Positions 19,202 through 28,446 of a stretch of DNA of 64,000 nucleotides are shown one piece after another. The first letter of the stretch is position 1; the number at the start of each line of letters is the position of its first letter. The notes under the pieces were generated by a model. It was given only the letters and a program-made list of their open reading frames with translations. It was not told where the DNA came from and searched no databases. Source of the stretch: an uncultured Rhodospirillaceae bacterium. Its GTDB lineage: Bacteria; Pseudomonadota; Alphaproteobacteria; Rhodospirillales; UBA2165. The DNA is taken from assembly GCA_964566055.1 (NCBI GenBank), contig CAZMHI010000020.1, forward strand, positions 4,139-68,138. The letters are read 5' to 3'. The translations under genes were made by a program, and so were the position numbers.

Positions 19202-19992
19202 TGGACGAGTCGAACCATACCGCCCCGCCCTCCTGGTTTTCGACCCCGCTGTTCCGGGTATTGTTGTCGCAAATAATCGGCTTTGCCATCGCCTTTGCCG
19301 GCGCTTTGACAGCTGCCGCCATCACCGGTGAAAGCATTCATCCGCTGATCACGCTCCTGGTGCAGGGCGTAGTTGCAGCCGTGATCGGCCACCGGATGGG
19401 CCTCGCCAGATGGTGGCTGCCGGTGCAAATCATCCTGCCACCCGCGACCTTGATCGCCACCGCTTGGCAAGTGCCGCCCTGGGTATTTCTGCTGGTCTTT
19501 GTGGCGTTGCTCCTGGTCTATTGGAATACCGCGCGTAACCGGGTGCCGCTCTATCTCACCAACCGGACGACCTGGACAGCTCTTCAAGAGCTGTTGCCTG
19601 AGGAAAAAGGCGGACAGTTTATTGATATCGGCTGCGGCATCGGAGGCGCCTTGTTGTATCTGGCCCGCCAGCGACCGGACATGACTTTTACCGGCATCGA
19701 GTCGGCGCCTGTGCCCTATGCCCTCGCCTGGCTCCGGCGCTTGCTGACCGCCACGCGCAATCTCAATCTAATTTATGGCGATTTCTGGAAGGAAGACTTA
19801 TCCGGCTTCGATGTCGCTTATGCGTTTTTGTCACCTGAGCCGATGCCGCAACTCTTTGATAAAGTCAAAGCCGAGATGAAAGCGGAGACCCTCTTTATCA
19901 GCAACTCCTTTGTCGTGCCGGATCACCCGGCGGATCAAACAATCGAGGTCGAGGATACCCGCGAGACCAAATTGCATCTGTGGCGAAACTAA
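19201..19992 (+). CDS. membrane-anchored class I SAM-dependent methyltransferase
   Basis: 263-aa ORF. The N-terminal ~110 aa are hydrophobic (3-4 helices), followed by FIDIGCGIGGALLYLA (motif I). The ATG shares one base with the TauE stop (TAATG). Confidence 0.65.
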   Translation: MDESNHTAPPSWFSTPLFRVLLSQIIGFAIAFAGALTAAAITGESIHPLITLLVQGVVAAVIGHRMGLARWWLPVQIILPPATLIATAWQVPPWVFLLVFVALLLVYWNTARNRVPLYLTNRTTWTALQELLPEEKGGQFIDIGCGIGGALLYLARQRPDMTFTGIESAPVPYALAWLRRLLTATRNLNLIYGDFWKEDLSGFDVAYAFLSPEPMPQLFDKVKAEMKAETLFISNSFVVPDHPADQTIEVEDTRETKLHLWRN

Positions 19993-20042
19993 AAGGTTAA
20001 TTTTTCGAAAGGTGCCTGTCACTTTTGAAAAAATTAACTTTT
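19991..20042. terminator. AT-rich imperfect inverted repeat between convergent genes (possible bidirectional terminator)
   Basis: AAAAGGTTAATTTTTCGAAAGGT (19991-20013) and ACTTTTGAAAAAATTAACTTTT (20021-20042) are near-complementary and flanked by T/A runs. The repeat lies exactly between the methyltransferase stop and the mgtE stop. Confidence 0.35.
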
Positions 20043-21432
20043 AAAGCAGCAGGCTCGCGGCCAGGCCTAAGAAAACATAAAAACCGACAACATCGGTGAT
20101 CGAGGTGAGGAAGGCGCTGGAAGCCACCGCCGGATCAAATCCCACGCGCTGCAATAAAATAGGCAGTGAGCTGCCGACAAAGCCGGCGACAATAAGATTG
20201 ATAATAATCGCCAAACCAATAACGCCGCCCAAAGCCGGACTGCCGAACCAGCCCCAGGCCACGGCACCAATCAGCACAGCGAAAATGGCACCGTTTAAAA
20301 CCCCGACCGCCACTTCCTTGCCAATGGTCCGGTAAGCATTGGCCATGGTCAGCTCTTTCATCGCCAAAGCTCGAACGGCGACAGTCAAGGTCTGTACCGA
20401 GGCCGTGCCGCCCATGGCGGCGACAATCGGCATCAGGACGGCTAAGGCCACCATTTCTTCGATGGTGCCGGCAAAAAAGCTAATGACGTACGCCGCGATA
20501 ATGGCTGCCACAAGATGGATCAGCAGCCAGGAAAAGCGGGATTTCATGGTATCGATGACAGCGGAATAGAGATCATCTTCCTCACCCACACCGGCCAAGC
20601 GCATGATATCTTCTTCATGTTCCTCATCGATAACATCAACGATATCATCGACAGTAATGACACCGACCAACCGGTCACTTTCATCTACCACCGGAGCTGA
20701 GATCAAATCGCGCTGGCGGAATAAATAGGCGACGTCTTCCTGGTCCATGGTTACCGGCACAATCTTGATGTGCTTGCGCATAACCTGCGTCAGCTTTATC
20801 TCCCGGCGGGCGCGCATCATCCGGCTCAGCGGCACGGTGCCGACCGGATTGTGGTGCGGATCGACCAGGAAAATATCAAAGAAGTCCGTCGGCAGTTTTT
20901 CGCTATCCCGCATATAGTCAATTGCCTGACCCACCGTCCAATCCATCGGCACGGCAACGACATCGCGCTGCATAAGGCGCCCGGCACTGTCTTCGGGATA
21001 AGAGAGTCCTTCTTCAATGAGCTCCCGCTCACCAACCGGCAAGGCTTCGAGGATTTCGCGTTGTTCCTGGGGCTCAAGCTCTTCGACAACTTCTAGGGCA
21101 TCATCAGTTTCCAGCCCGGCAACTACTTCGGCAACATGTGATAGACCGAGCTGGTCAATAACGCGTTCCCGGATGGTGTCATCAAGTTCGGCCAGGACAT
21201 TAGGATCGAAATCACTGCGCAGCGCTTCGACAAGTTCCTGCCGTTGCGCATGAGCTAGATTTTCCAGCAGATCGGCAAGATCAGCGTAATGCAGCGATTG
21301 TGCTAAATTTTTAGCTTCAGCGGTTTCATTTTGATCAAGTGCAAGATTTATCGAAGCGACAAATTCAGACGTTAGTTCATCGGCCGCACCTGATTCCTGT
21401 ACGCCAATGATATTTTCATCCATCACCGGCAT
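20041..21432 (-). CDS. mgtE: magnesium transporter MgtE
   Basis: 463-aa ORF. MgtE N-domain (LHYADLADLLENL), tandem CBS domains, and a C-terminal 5-TM domain with PIVAAMGGTASVQT and GFDPAVASSAFLTSITDVVGF. Confidence 0.9.
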   Translation of the reverse strand: MPVMDENIIGVQESGAADELTSEFVASINLALDQNETAEAKNLAQSLHYADLADLLENLAHAQRQELVEALRSDFDPNVLAELDDTIRERVIDQLGLSHVAEVVAGLETDDALEVVEELEPQEQREILEALPVGERELIEEGLSYPEDSAGRLMQRDVVAVPMDWTVGQAIDYMRDSEKLPTDFFDIFLVDPHHNPVGTVPLSRMMRARREIKLTQVMRKHIKIVPVTMDQEDVAYLFRQRDLISAPVVDESDRLVGVITVDDIVDVIDEEHEEDIMRLAGVGEEDDLYSAVIDTMKSRFSWLLIHLVAAIIAAYVISFFAGTIEEMVALAVLMPIVAAMGGTASVQTLTVAVRALAMKELTMANAYRTIGKEVAVGVLNGAIFAVLIGAVAWGWFGSPALGGVIGLAIIINLIVAGFVGSSLPILLQRVGFDPAVASSAFLTSITDVVGFYVFLGLAASLLL

Positions 21433-21435
21433 CCA

Positions 21436-23748
21436 TCATAAGGGCAACTCACCATCGGTTTCGCCCTGCGCTTCGACAACGGCCATTGCCGTCATATTGA
21501 TGATGCCGCGCGCGGTCGCTCCTTCTTGGAGAATGTGTACTGGCTGTTTCATACCGAGCAATAAAGGACCAATCGCCATGCCATTGCCCAGCATGCGAAC
21601 CAAACCGTAGGAAATATTTGCGGCATCCAGCGATGGCATCACCAGCAAATTAGCCGAACCAGACAATTTGGAATCTGAGACCAGTTTTTCACGCAACTCT
21701 TCAGACAAAGCGGTTTCGGCATGCATCTCGCCATCGACTTCAAGGTCCGGATCAAGTTTGCGAATGAGATCAACTGCGTCCCGCATTTTCCGGGCGGTCG
21801 GCCGATTGGAACTGCCGAAGTTGGAATGTGACAGCAAAGCAGCTTTTGGTGTAATGCCGAAGCGCCGGACCTCCTGCGCCGCCAACACAGTAAAATCAGC
21901 AATCTGTTCAGCGGTGGGCCCCGGATTTACGTACGGATCCACGAGGAAATAAATGCCGCTGGAGAGGATCAACATACTCATCGAAGCCGCCCTGCTAACT
22001 TCAGGCTTCAGGCCAATTATCCTAAATAGATGCGGCAAATGATCGGTATAGCGGCCAGTGGCGCCACAGAGCAACGCATCGGCTTCCTTGCGCTTAACCA
22101 TCAAGGCCGCAATGACTGTGGTATTGGTGCGAACGATGGTGCGCGCTTCGTTGATCGAGGTGCCGTGGCGGCTCATCAAAGAATGATAAAGTTCCCAATA
22201 TTCACGGTAACGGTCATCACGTTCGGGATCGACGAGTTCAAAATCCTCATCCATTTTCAGCCGCAAGCCAAGCTGCTCTATACGCAGAGCGACGACATTT
22301 CGCCGGCCAATCAAGATCGGTTTGACAAACAAACTATCGACACCATTTTGCACCGCGCGCAGTACCCGTTGAGATTCTCCATCAGCATAGACAACACGTT
22401 TGGGATTTTCCCGTGCCTGATCAAATACCGGCTTCATCACATAGCCGGAGCGGACGACAAACTCATGCATTTTTTGCTGATAAGCTTTAAAATCTTCAAC
22501 TGGCCGCGTCGCTACCCCCGAGTCCATTGCCGCTTTAGCCACTGCCGGCGCGATCTCCCGCATTAACCGTGGATCAAAGGGTTTCGGAATGAGATATTCA
22601 GGGCCAAAGTTTAACTCTTGCAGACCATAAGCTTGGACCACGGTCTCGTCGGATTCAGCTTCTGCTAATTTCGCCAGTGCATGCACGCAAGCCATCTTCA
22701 TTTCATCGTTGATAGCCGTGGCGCCAACATCAAGTGCGCCCCGAAATAGAAACGGAAAGCACAGGACATTGTTAACTTGGTTGGGATAGTCGGTCCGGCC
22801 CGTCGCCATAACCGCATCATCACGTACTTCTTTGACCGCTTCCGGCCGAATTTCCGGCTCCGGATTAGCCAACGCTAAAATTAAAGGGCGCTTGGCCATC
22901 TTTTTGACCATTTCGGGCATAAGTACACCCGGTGCCGAAAGACCTAAAAATACGTCCGCCTTATCAATGATATCGTCCAGCGTTCTGGCTTTGGTTTTTT
23001 GCGCATAGCGAATGTTGTAATCATTGATCTCTTCGGTGCGGCCTTCATAGATCACGCCAGCGATATCCGAGACAAAGATATTTTTCTTTTTAATGCCAAG
23101 CATTACCAGCATATCGAGGCAGGCCAGCGCCGCCGATCCCGCTCCAGACACAACCAGCTTAACATCGCCGATTTTCTTGCCGACGACTTTGAGTCCATTA
23201 AGGATTGCCGCACCGACAATAATCGCCGTGCCGTGCTGATCGTCATGCATGACAGGAATGTTCATGCGCTCTTTAAGGGCGGCTTCAATGACAAAACATT
23301 CAGGTGCCTTTATGTCTTCCAAATTGATGCCGCCGAAAGTCGGCTCAAGTGCAGCGACAATATCGACAAATTTTTCCGGTTCAGTTTCATCTACTTCAAT
23401 ATCGAATACGTCAATGCCGGCAAATTTTTTAAATAAGCCGGCCTTACCTTCCATTACGGGTTTTGAAGCCAGCGCCCCAATGTTGCCGAGCCCCAATACC
23501 GCTGTACCATTGGTAACGACTGCAACCAAATTGGCCCGGGAGGTCATATTGGCGGCTTCGGTGGGATCTTCATAGATCAGCATCGAAGCCGCAGCAACGC
23601 CTGGTGAATACGCCAAGGAGAGATCGTGTTGATTAGCAAGCGGCTTGGTTGGCACCACTGCGACTTTACCCGGCGTCGGATAGCGATGATAATCAAGTGC
23701 TTCTTGGTCTAGTTTGTCGGCCACGGGCCTCTCCTGTAACTTATTCAC
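21436..23748 (-). CDS. maeB: NADP-dependent malic enzyme (malic enzyme domain fused to a phosphate-acetyltransferase-like domain)
   Basis: 770-aa [52 protein letters not shown], plus a C-terminal PTA-like half. Confidence 0.9.
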   Translation of the reverse strand: MNKLQERPVADKLDQEALDYHRYPTPGKVAVVPTKPLANQHDLSLAYSPGVAAASMLIYEDPTEAANMTSRANLVAVVTNGTAVLGLGNIGALASKPVMEGKAGLFKKFAGIDVFDIEVDETEPEKFVDIVAALEPTFGGINLEDIKAPECFVIEAALKERMNIPVMHDDQHGTAIIVGAAILNGLKVVGKKIGDVKLVVSGAGSAALACLDMLVMLGIKKKNIFVSDIAGVIYEGRTEEINDYNIRYAQKTKARTLDDIIDKADVFLGLSAPGVLMPEMVKKMAKRPLILALANPEPEIRPEAVKEVRDDAVMATGRTDYPNQVNNVLCFPFLFRGALDVGATAINDEMKMACVHALAKLAEAESDETVVQAYGLQELNFGPEYLIPKPFDPRLMREIAPAVAKAAMDSGVATRPVEDFKAYQQKMHEFVVRSGYVMKPVFDQARENPKRVVYADGESQRVLRAVQNGVDSLFVKPILIGRRNVVALRIEQLGLRLKMDEDFELVDPERDDRYREYWELYHSLMSRHGTSINEARTIVRTNTTVIAALMVKRKEADALLCGATGRYTDHLPHLFRIIGLKPEVSRAASMSMLILSSGIYFLVDPYVNPGPTAEQIADFTVLAAQEVRRFGITPKAALLSHSNFGSSNRPTARKMRDAVDLIRKLDPDLEVDGEMHAETALSEELREKLVSDSKLSGSANLLVMPSLDAANISYGLVRMLGNGMAIGPLLLGMKQPVHILQEGATARGIINMTAMAVVEAQGETDGELPL

Positions 23749-23886
23749 TACTAATGCATTGATTATGCACTAAAAACATCAATGCCTTCCAGGACTCACT
23801 TAAAATTTTTGGGCAAAATTTCCAAGTTTACCCTGAGACAAAATGCGCACTTGAATAATTCTAATAAATCATTATCTGTTTAATAG

Positions 23887-24615
23887 ATGAGAAATGGGGC
23901 TCTTAATACTATTATAGGGTTATTTATGACCCTATCCGTTTTTGCTTTGCCATCAAACACGATGGCGAAGGATTCCTACGTAATTACTTGTGGGGAAAAA
24001 CACACGATCAATCTTCTGGCAAAATACGTCATGCAAGAGGCTTACAGAAAGGCTGGATTGAAAGTTCGTTTTGAGCACAATCCCGTTAAAAGGTCATTAC
24101 TTAGCGCTATCTCCGGCGATTATGACGGCGAATTGATTCGCACCCGAGAAATTGCCAAACAGTATCCAAATCTGGTGATGGTCGAAGCGCCAATATTGAT
24201 TGGGAATTTTTCGGTTTATACTCATAAAATTTCCGAGCCGATCACACATTTCAAACAATTTAAGAAATATCAGATCGGCCTGCGGAAAGGTGTTTTGATA
24301 ACAAAAAAAATAACGAATGGGATGAAACAAATTTTTTTCAACAACGAAAAACATGCCGTTCGTCTGCTCTTGCAGAACCGTGTTGATGTCATTTTCGATT
24401 TTGAATTTTTCCGCACAAAGCAGAGTATCTGGAAATCATTCCTACCGGCCGGTGTGAAAAGGATTGACAGTGGGCTGCCCAAAGTTAAAGGCTATCACTT
24501 TCTCCACAACAAAAACCGGGACCTTGCGCCCCGGCTCGGGGCTATCCTCAAGAAGATGCGAACTTCAGGCGCGATTGAAAAAATTGTCGGCAAAGCTCTG
24601 CGCAGTTTAAGTTAG
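23887..24615 (+). CDS. orphan periplasmic solute-binding protein, family 3-like (paralogue 1)
   Basis: 242-aa ORF with a signal peptide (LFMTLSVFALPSNTMA). KRSLLSAISGDYDGELIRT and GYHFLHNKNRDLAPRLGAILKKM are shared in pattern with ORF 24683-25462. The segment is AT-rich. Confidence 0.55.
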   Translation: MRNGALNTIIGLFMTLSVFALPSNTMAKDSYVITCGEKHTINLLAKYVMQEAYRKAGLKVRFEHNPVKRSLLSAISGDYDGELIRTREIAKQYPNLVMVEAPILIGNFSVYTHKISEPITHFKQFKKYQIGLRKGVLITKKITNGMKQIFFNNEKHAVRLLLQNRVDVIFDFEFFRTKQSIWKSFLPAGVKRIDSGLPKVKGYHFLHNKNRDLAPRLGAILKKMRTSGAIEKIVGKALRSLS

Positions 24616-24682
24616 CCTTTCATCCCCAACATAAGATAACATTCACCGCCCTCTACAAAGCGTCAATTCGGGAGTTAATCTT

Positions 24683-25462
24683 ATGAAATATACTCATAGT
24701 CTATTTTGTTGGATAATTTTTCTGGCGGTACTTAACTCTGCGCCAATACTCAAAGACGCTCATGCACAATCAAAATTGGTCTTGGTAACGCCGCCCAACA
24801 CAATTGATACCGTCACCAGCGAAGTTATTACCCGCCGGGCTTACAAGCGGATCGGGATAGATGTTCAAATAAGGAAATTTCCCGGTGAGCGGGCGCTACG
24901 CCTCGCCAATAGCGGCAAGGTGGATGGCGAAGTCCAACGTATCAACGGTATCGCCGCCAAATATCACAATCTGATACAGATCCACCCGGCCATAAACTAT
25001 ATACAAGGCACGGTATTTACCCTAGCCAAAAGCTTTAAAGTCGACGGCTGGGAGAGTCTACGCCCGTATCGAATTGGCTATATCCGTGGCATCAAATTTG
25101 CGGAGAACAATACGGTCAGCATGAATTCCCTAGCTGTTAGTGATTACCAAACCATGTTCCAGATGCTGCGCAAAAAACGCTTTGATATAATCGTTTCGCC
25201 GCGTCTCAATGGCATCTATCAAATGAAGCAACTGGGTATAAAAAAAATTAAAGAACTAAATCCAGCCATAATGCGTTTTAATTTATATCATTACCTCAAT
25301 AACAAGCATGTCGCTCTCGTGCCGAAAATTTCGGCTGTCTTTAAAAAGATGCAGGCGAGTGGAGAGTTGACCAAAATTCGCAATCAGGTAATTACAGTTT
25401 TGATGAAACGCGCCGAGCAGAAGCTGCCGATCTGTGATCAAGATTACAAATGCTTTGACTAA
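24683..25462 (+). CDS. orphan periplasmic solute-binding protein, family 3-like (paralogue 2)
   Basis: 259-aa ORF with a signal peptide. ERALRLANSGKVDGEVQRI and LYHYLNNKHVALVPKISAVFKKM parallel paralogue 1. Confidence 0.55.
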   Translation: MKYTHSLFCWIIFLAVLNSAPILKDAHAQSKLVLVTPPNTIDTVTSEVITRRAYKRIGIDVQIRKFPGERALRLANSGKVDGEVQRINGIAAKYHNLIQIHPAINYIQGTVFTLAKSFKVDGWESLRPYRIGYIRGIKFAENNTVSMNSLAVSDYQTMFQMLRKKRFDIIVSPRLNGIYQMKQLGIKKIKELNPAIMRFNLYHYLNNKHVALVPKISAVFKKMQASGELTKIRNQVITVLMKRAEQKLPICDQDYKCFD

Positions 25463-25488
25463 TCAATTTGAAATTCTAATTTGATGCC

Positions 25489-26118
25489 ATGAAACTTTAC
25501 TACGATGTCAGCGCCTGCTCGCTGTCGCCCCATATCGTTCTGCGTGAGACTGGTCTCGAATTTGAGCTCGAATGGGTTGATTTAAAAACTCTAACGACCG
25601 CCAGCGGCGCAGATTTCAGAAAGATCAATCCTAAAGGCTATGTACCGGTCTTAGAATTGGATGATGGGCAGATACTCACCGAGGGTGCTCCGATGGTGCA
25701 ATATATCGCTGACCTCGTGCCGGATGCCAATCTCATTCCGCCCATCGGCAGCATTGAGCGCTACCGTGTAGCCGAATGGCTGAGCTTTACCTCGGCGGAA
25801 TTGCACCGTGGGTATACACCACTGTTTAATTCTAATCTGCCGGACGATTTGCGCTCAGCTGCTGTCAATAAACTTGAAGGACGTTTTGAATATATAACCG
25901 AGCATTTGGCTGCCCAGCCTTACTTACTTGGTGATCAATTCACCGTCGCCGATGCCTATTGTTTTACCATTCTCAATTGGGCAAAATTTGTCGATCTCGA
26001 TATGAGCGCGTGGCCTACCTTGGTTGCCTACGCCGAGCGCGTCAAAGCGCGGCCGAAAGTACAAGAGGCCATGCAGGCTGAAATCAAAGATTATCCAGGA
26101 CCACAACAAAATGGCTGA
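25489..26118 (+). CDS. glutathione S-transferase (GstA/beta-class-like)
   Basis: 209-aa ORF. MKLYY..ACSLSPHIVLRE, NPKGYVPVLELDDG, and a C-terminal helical GST domain. Confidence 0.85.
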   Translation: MKLYYDVSACSLSPHIVLRETGLEFELEWVDLKTLTTASGADFRKINPKGYVPVLELDDGQILTEGAPMVQYIADLVPDANLIPPIGSIERYRVAEWLSFTSAELHRGYTPLFNSNLPDDLRSAAVNKLEGRFEYITEHLAAQPYLLGDQFTVADAYCFTILNWAKFVDLDMSAWPTLVAYAERVKARPKVQEAMQAEIKDYPGPQQNG

Positions 26119-26161
26119 ATATTCCCGAGGGGTATGAGATTAATTTTCCCGGTTAAACTTC

Positions 26162-27418
26162 TTAGCTCACGATCTGATATCTTTCCGCTTTGCCAAGCTC
26201 TTCGTTGAGTTCGTTAATTTCTTTCTTCAGTTCAATCATTTTTAGCTCCCGGCCAACGGCGACTTTATTGAAGGCTTCGGCTTCCTGCATTTTTAGTTTT
26301 ACTTCGTTTTCGACATTTTTACGTTCAGAAATATCGTTGTAACTACGAACATATCCGCCGCCTTCTATAGCAGTATGTGAAATTTCGAAAGTCCGGCCAT
26401 CCGGCAACGGGCGCTCCCAAGTCCCCTCGACATTATCGCGCAACAACTGCAACGATTTTTCGATTGAGTCAGAATCGGCACCAACTGACTCTAGATAAAC
26501 CCGCGTATACTCTTCAAAATTTGGGTAGTCTTTGACGCCTTGATCAAACATCTCTTCAAAATAATGATTATGGGCGATGGTCGTACCTTCGGCATCCACC
26601 ATAACGATACCTTGCCCGACATTCTCAAGCGTTGCCTCAATTATCTCATTTTGGCGCGCTTGGGTTTCTTCAGCTTCCTTTTGTTCAGAAATATCAAAAA
26701 TCCAATTTATGAGACCCTTTTGGCCCTCAAATTCTATTGGAAATAATGAAAACAAAGACCAAAACGTGCTGCCGTCCTTGCGTTTAACTTCAATTTCGCA
26801 GTCCTCGACAAATTTTTCCGTTTCCATTCTTTTAATGAGATTTTCCCGGTCAGCCGGATTGGCATAAGCCTCAATAGTCGGTGTCTCATAAAAATCTTCT
26901 AAATCTTTACACCCTCTCAACTCAAGCATTTTAGAATTACCGTAAATGGCTTTGCCATCAACCGAGATGCCAACGCCAGCGGGACTGATCTCAAAAATCT
27001 CGCGTAGGCGCATTTCATTTTCCCGCAAAATTCGCTCGGCGCGCCGTCTCTCCGTCACATCGATGTAGGTTGATACCTGCCCGCCTGACTCAACGGGAAT
27101 AATGCAGATTTCAATAATGGTGCCATCCGGCCGGGTACGTTCCAACTTCCGTTTTTTGAAATGCCGTGCCGGATCGGCCAGCTCTTTGACCTTGGCCTCA
27201 ACATCGACATCACCGTAGACGCCGTTTTCGGCATTGTGGCGGATGAAATCTGCCAGCGTATGTCCAACATTGAATGAGTCCGGCAGACCGAATAGTTCCT
27301 TAAATTTTGAATTGAGCGCAATAAATTTGAGATCTCCATCAACCATGGACATACCATGATCTGTATGCTCCAGGGTCGCCTCCAAAATTTGGCTATGGTG
27401 AATATCCTGATCGCCCAT
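26162..27418 (-). CDS. stand-alone triple-PAS domain protein with C-terminal coiled coil, no recognisable output domain
   Basis: Start moved to the ATG at 27418, preceded by GGAGGGAGGAAAC. Three PAS-like repeats (ILEATLEHTDHGMSMVD, REIFEISPAGVGIS, IIEATLENVGQGIVMVD), each ending in a DI/DV(T/S)ERK-type box. The tail reads VGRELKMIELKKEINELNEEL. Confidence 0.75.
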   Translation of the reverse strand: MGDQDIHHSQILEATLEHTDHGMSMVDGDLKFIALNSKFKELFGLPDSFNVGHTLADFIRHNAENGVYGDVDVEAKVKELADPARHFKKRKLERTRPDGTIIEICIIPVESGGQVSTYIDVTERRRAERILRENEMRLREIFEISPAGVGISVDGKAIYGNSKMLELRGCKDLEDFYETPTIEAYANPADRENLIKRMETEKFVEDCEIEVKRKDGSTFWSLFSLFPIEFEGQKGLINWIFDISEQKEAEETQARQNEIIEATLENVGQGIVMVDAEGTTIAHNHYFEEMFDQGVKDYPNFEEYTRVYLESVGADSDSIEKSLQLLRDNVEGTWERPLPDGRTFEISHTAIEGGGYVRSYNDISERKNVENEVKLKMQEAEAFNKVAVGRELKMIELKKEINELNEELGKAERYQIVS

Positions 27419-27522
27419 GTTTCCTCCCTCCGAAGTGTATTTTCCGGTGCTAAGGAATTTTTTGTTTTTAAGTATTAACGGGAGCCTAGCAATTATTGAA
27501 TAATTTGCCAATTGTCGGGATT

Positions 27523-27609
27523 TGGTGCGGACGAGAAGACTCGAACTTCCACCCTCTTGCGAGGACAGCGACCTCAACGCTGCGCGTCTACCAGTTCCGC
27601 CACGTCCGC
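27523..27609 (-). tRNA. tRNA-Leu (anticodon GAG)
   Basis: 87 nt on the reverse strand: GCGGACG-TG-GCGG...; anticodon arm CAGCG-TTGAGGT-CGCTG; long variable arm TCCTCGCAAGAGGGT; T arm GGAAG-TTCGAGT-CTTCT; CGTCCGC-A-CCA. Confidence 0.95.
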
Positions 27610-27747
27610 ACTTTTTGATCACATTGGCTGGTAACAGCCCGCTAAACGCACCGCAGGCTCCAATGTTGAGGGGTGGGGAATAGCAAATCATCTGCCCCTA
27701 ATCAAGTGATCTCACTTAATTCTCTGGCCCATCAAGTGCCAGAATAG

Positions 27748-28443
27748 TTGAATATCCTGGCTGAAAGCAATAAACCAGCAGGTGAGATGGATACAATAAC
27801 GCAAAATACCGGGCTGGAATGGCAAACCAGCGTTGAGACCGTTGACTATGAGACGGCTCACGCCGCGATGGAAGCGCGTGTTGCCGGTATTCATGACGGC
27901 AGTCAAACGGAACTCCTGTGGTTTCTAGAGCATCCGCCGCTCTATACCGCCGGCACCTCGGCGCGAGCAGAAGACCTACTCGAGGCTGACCGCTTTCCTG
28001 TTCATAAAGTTGGCCGCGGCGGCCAGTATACCTACCATGGGCCAGGTCAACGCGTGGTTTACACCATGCTTGATCTTAAAAAACGCGGCGGCGATGTCCG
28101 GCAATTTGTGCGTGACCTGGAAAGCTGGGTCATCGATAGTCTGGCTGAATTTGGTGTCACCGGTGAGCGCCGGGAGGGCCGCGTCGGCATTTGGGTTGAT
28201 CTCGATAACGGCGAGGAAAAGAAAATCGCCGCCATCGGTATTCGGGTTCGCCATTGGATCACCTTTCACGGCATTGCTATTAATGTAAACCCGGAGCTCG
28301 AGCATTTCTCCGGTATCGTGCCCTGCGGCATCGCCGAACATGGCGTCACGTCTTTGCACGATCTCGGAATTGATTGCTCCATGGCGGAGGTCGACGCTGT
28401 TCTTAAAGCGACGTTTATTCAAAATTTTACAGAAAGTAAGTAG
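27748..28443 (+). CDS. lipB: lipoyl(octanoyl) transferase
   Basis: 231-aa [53 protein letters not shown] and VPCGI are canonical LipB motifs. An alternative start lies at codon 14. Confidence 0.9.
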   Translation: MNILAESNKPAGEMDTITQNTGLEWQTSVETVDYETAHAAMEARVAGIHDGSQTELLWFLEHPPLYTAGTSARAEDLLEADRFPVHKVGRGGQYTYHGPGQRVVYTMLDLKKRGGDVRQFVRDLESWVIDSLAEFGVTGERREGRVGIWVDLDNGEEKKIAAIGIRVRHWITFHGIAINVNPELEHFSGIVPCGIAEHGVTSLHDLGIDCSMAEVDAVLKATFIQNFTESK

Positions 28444-28446
28444 TAG

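Noticed and set aside
27419-27691. N-terminal 91 codons of the tracked 509-aa ORF (26162-27691)
   Set aside because: This stretch is the reverse complement of a canonical tRNA-Leu(GAG) at 27523-27609 plus spacer. A strong RBS and ATG at 27418 begin the PAS domains, so the extension is an ORF-caller artefact.
27661-27700. Third full copy of the C/G-tract repeat family next to tRNA-Leu
   Set aside because: Only one short arm (TTGAGGGGTGGGGAA), loosely matching GAGGTGGGGG of copy A, is present, plus a 5-bp AGGGG...CCCCT pairing. That is too little to call a copy without a genome-wide model.
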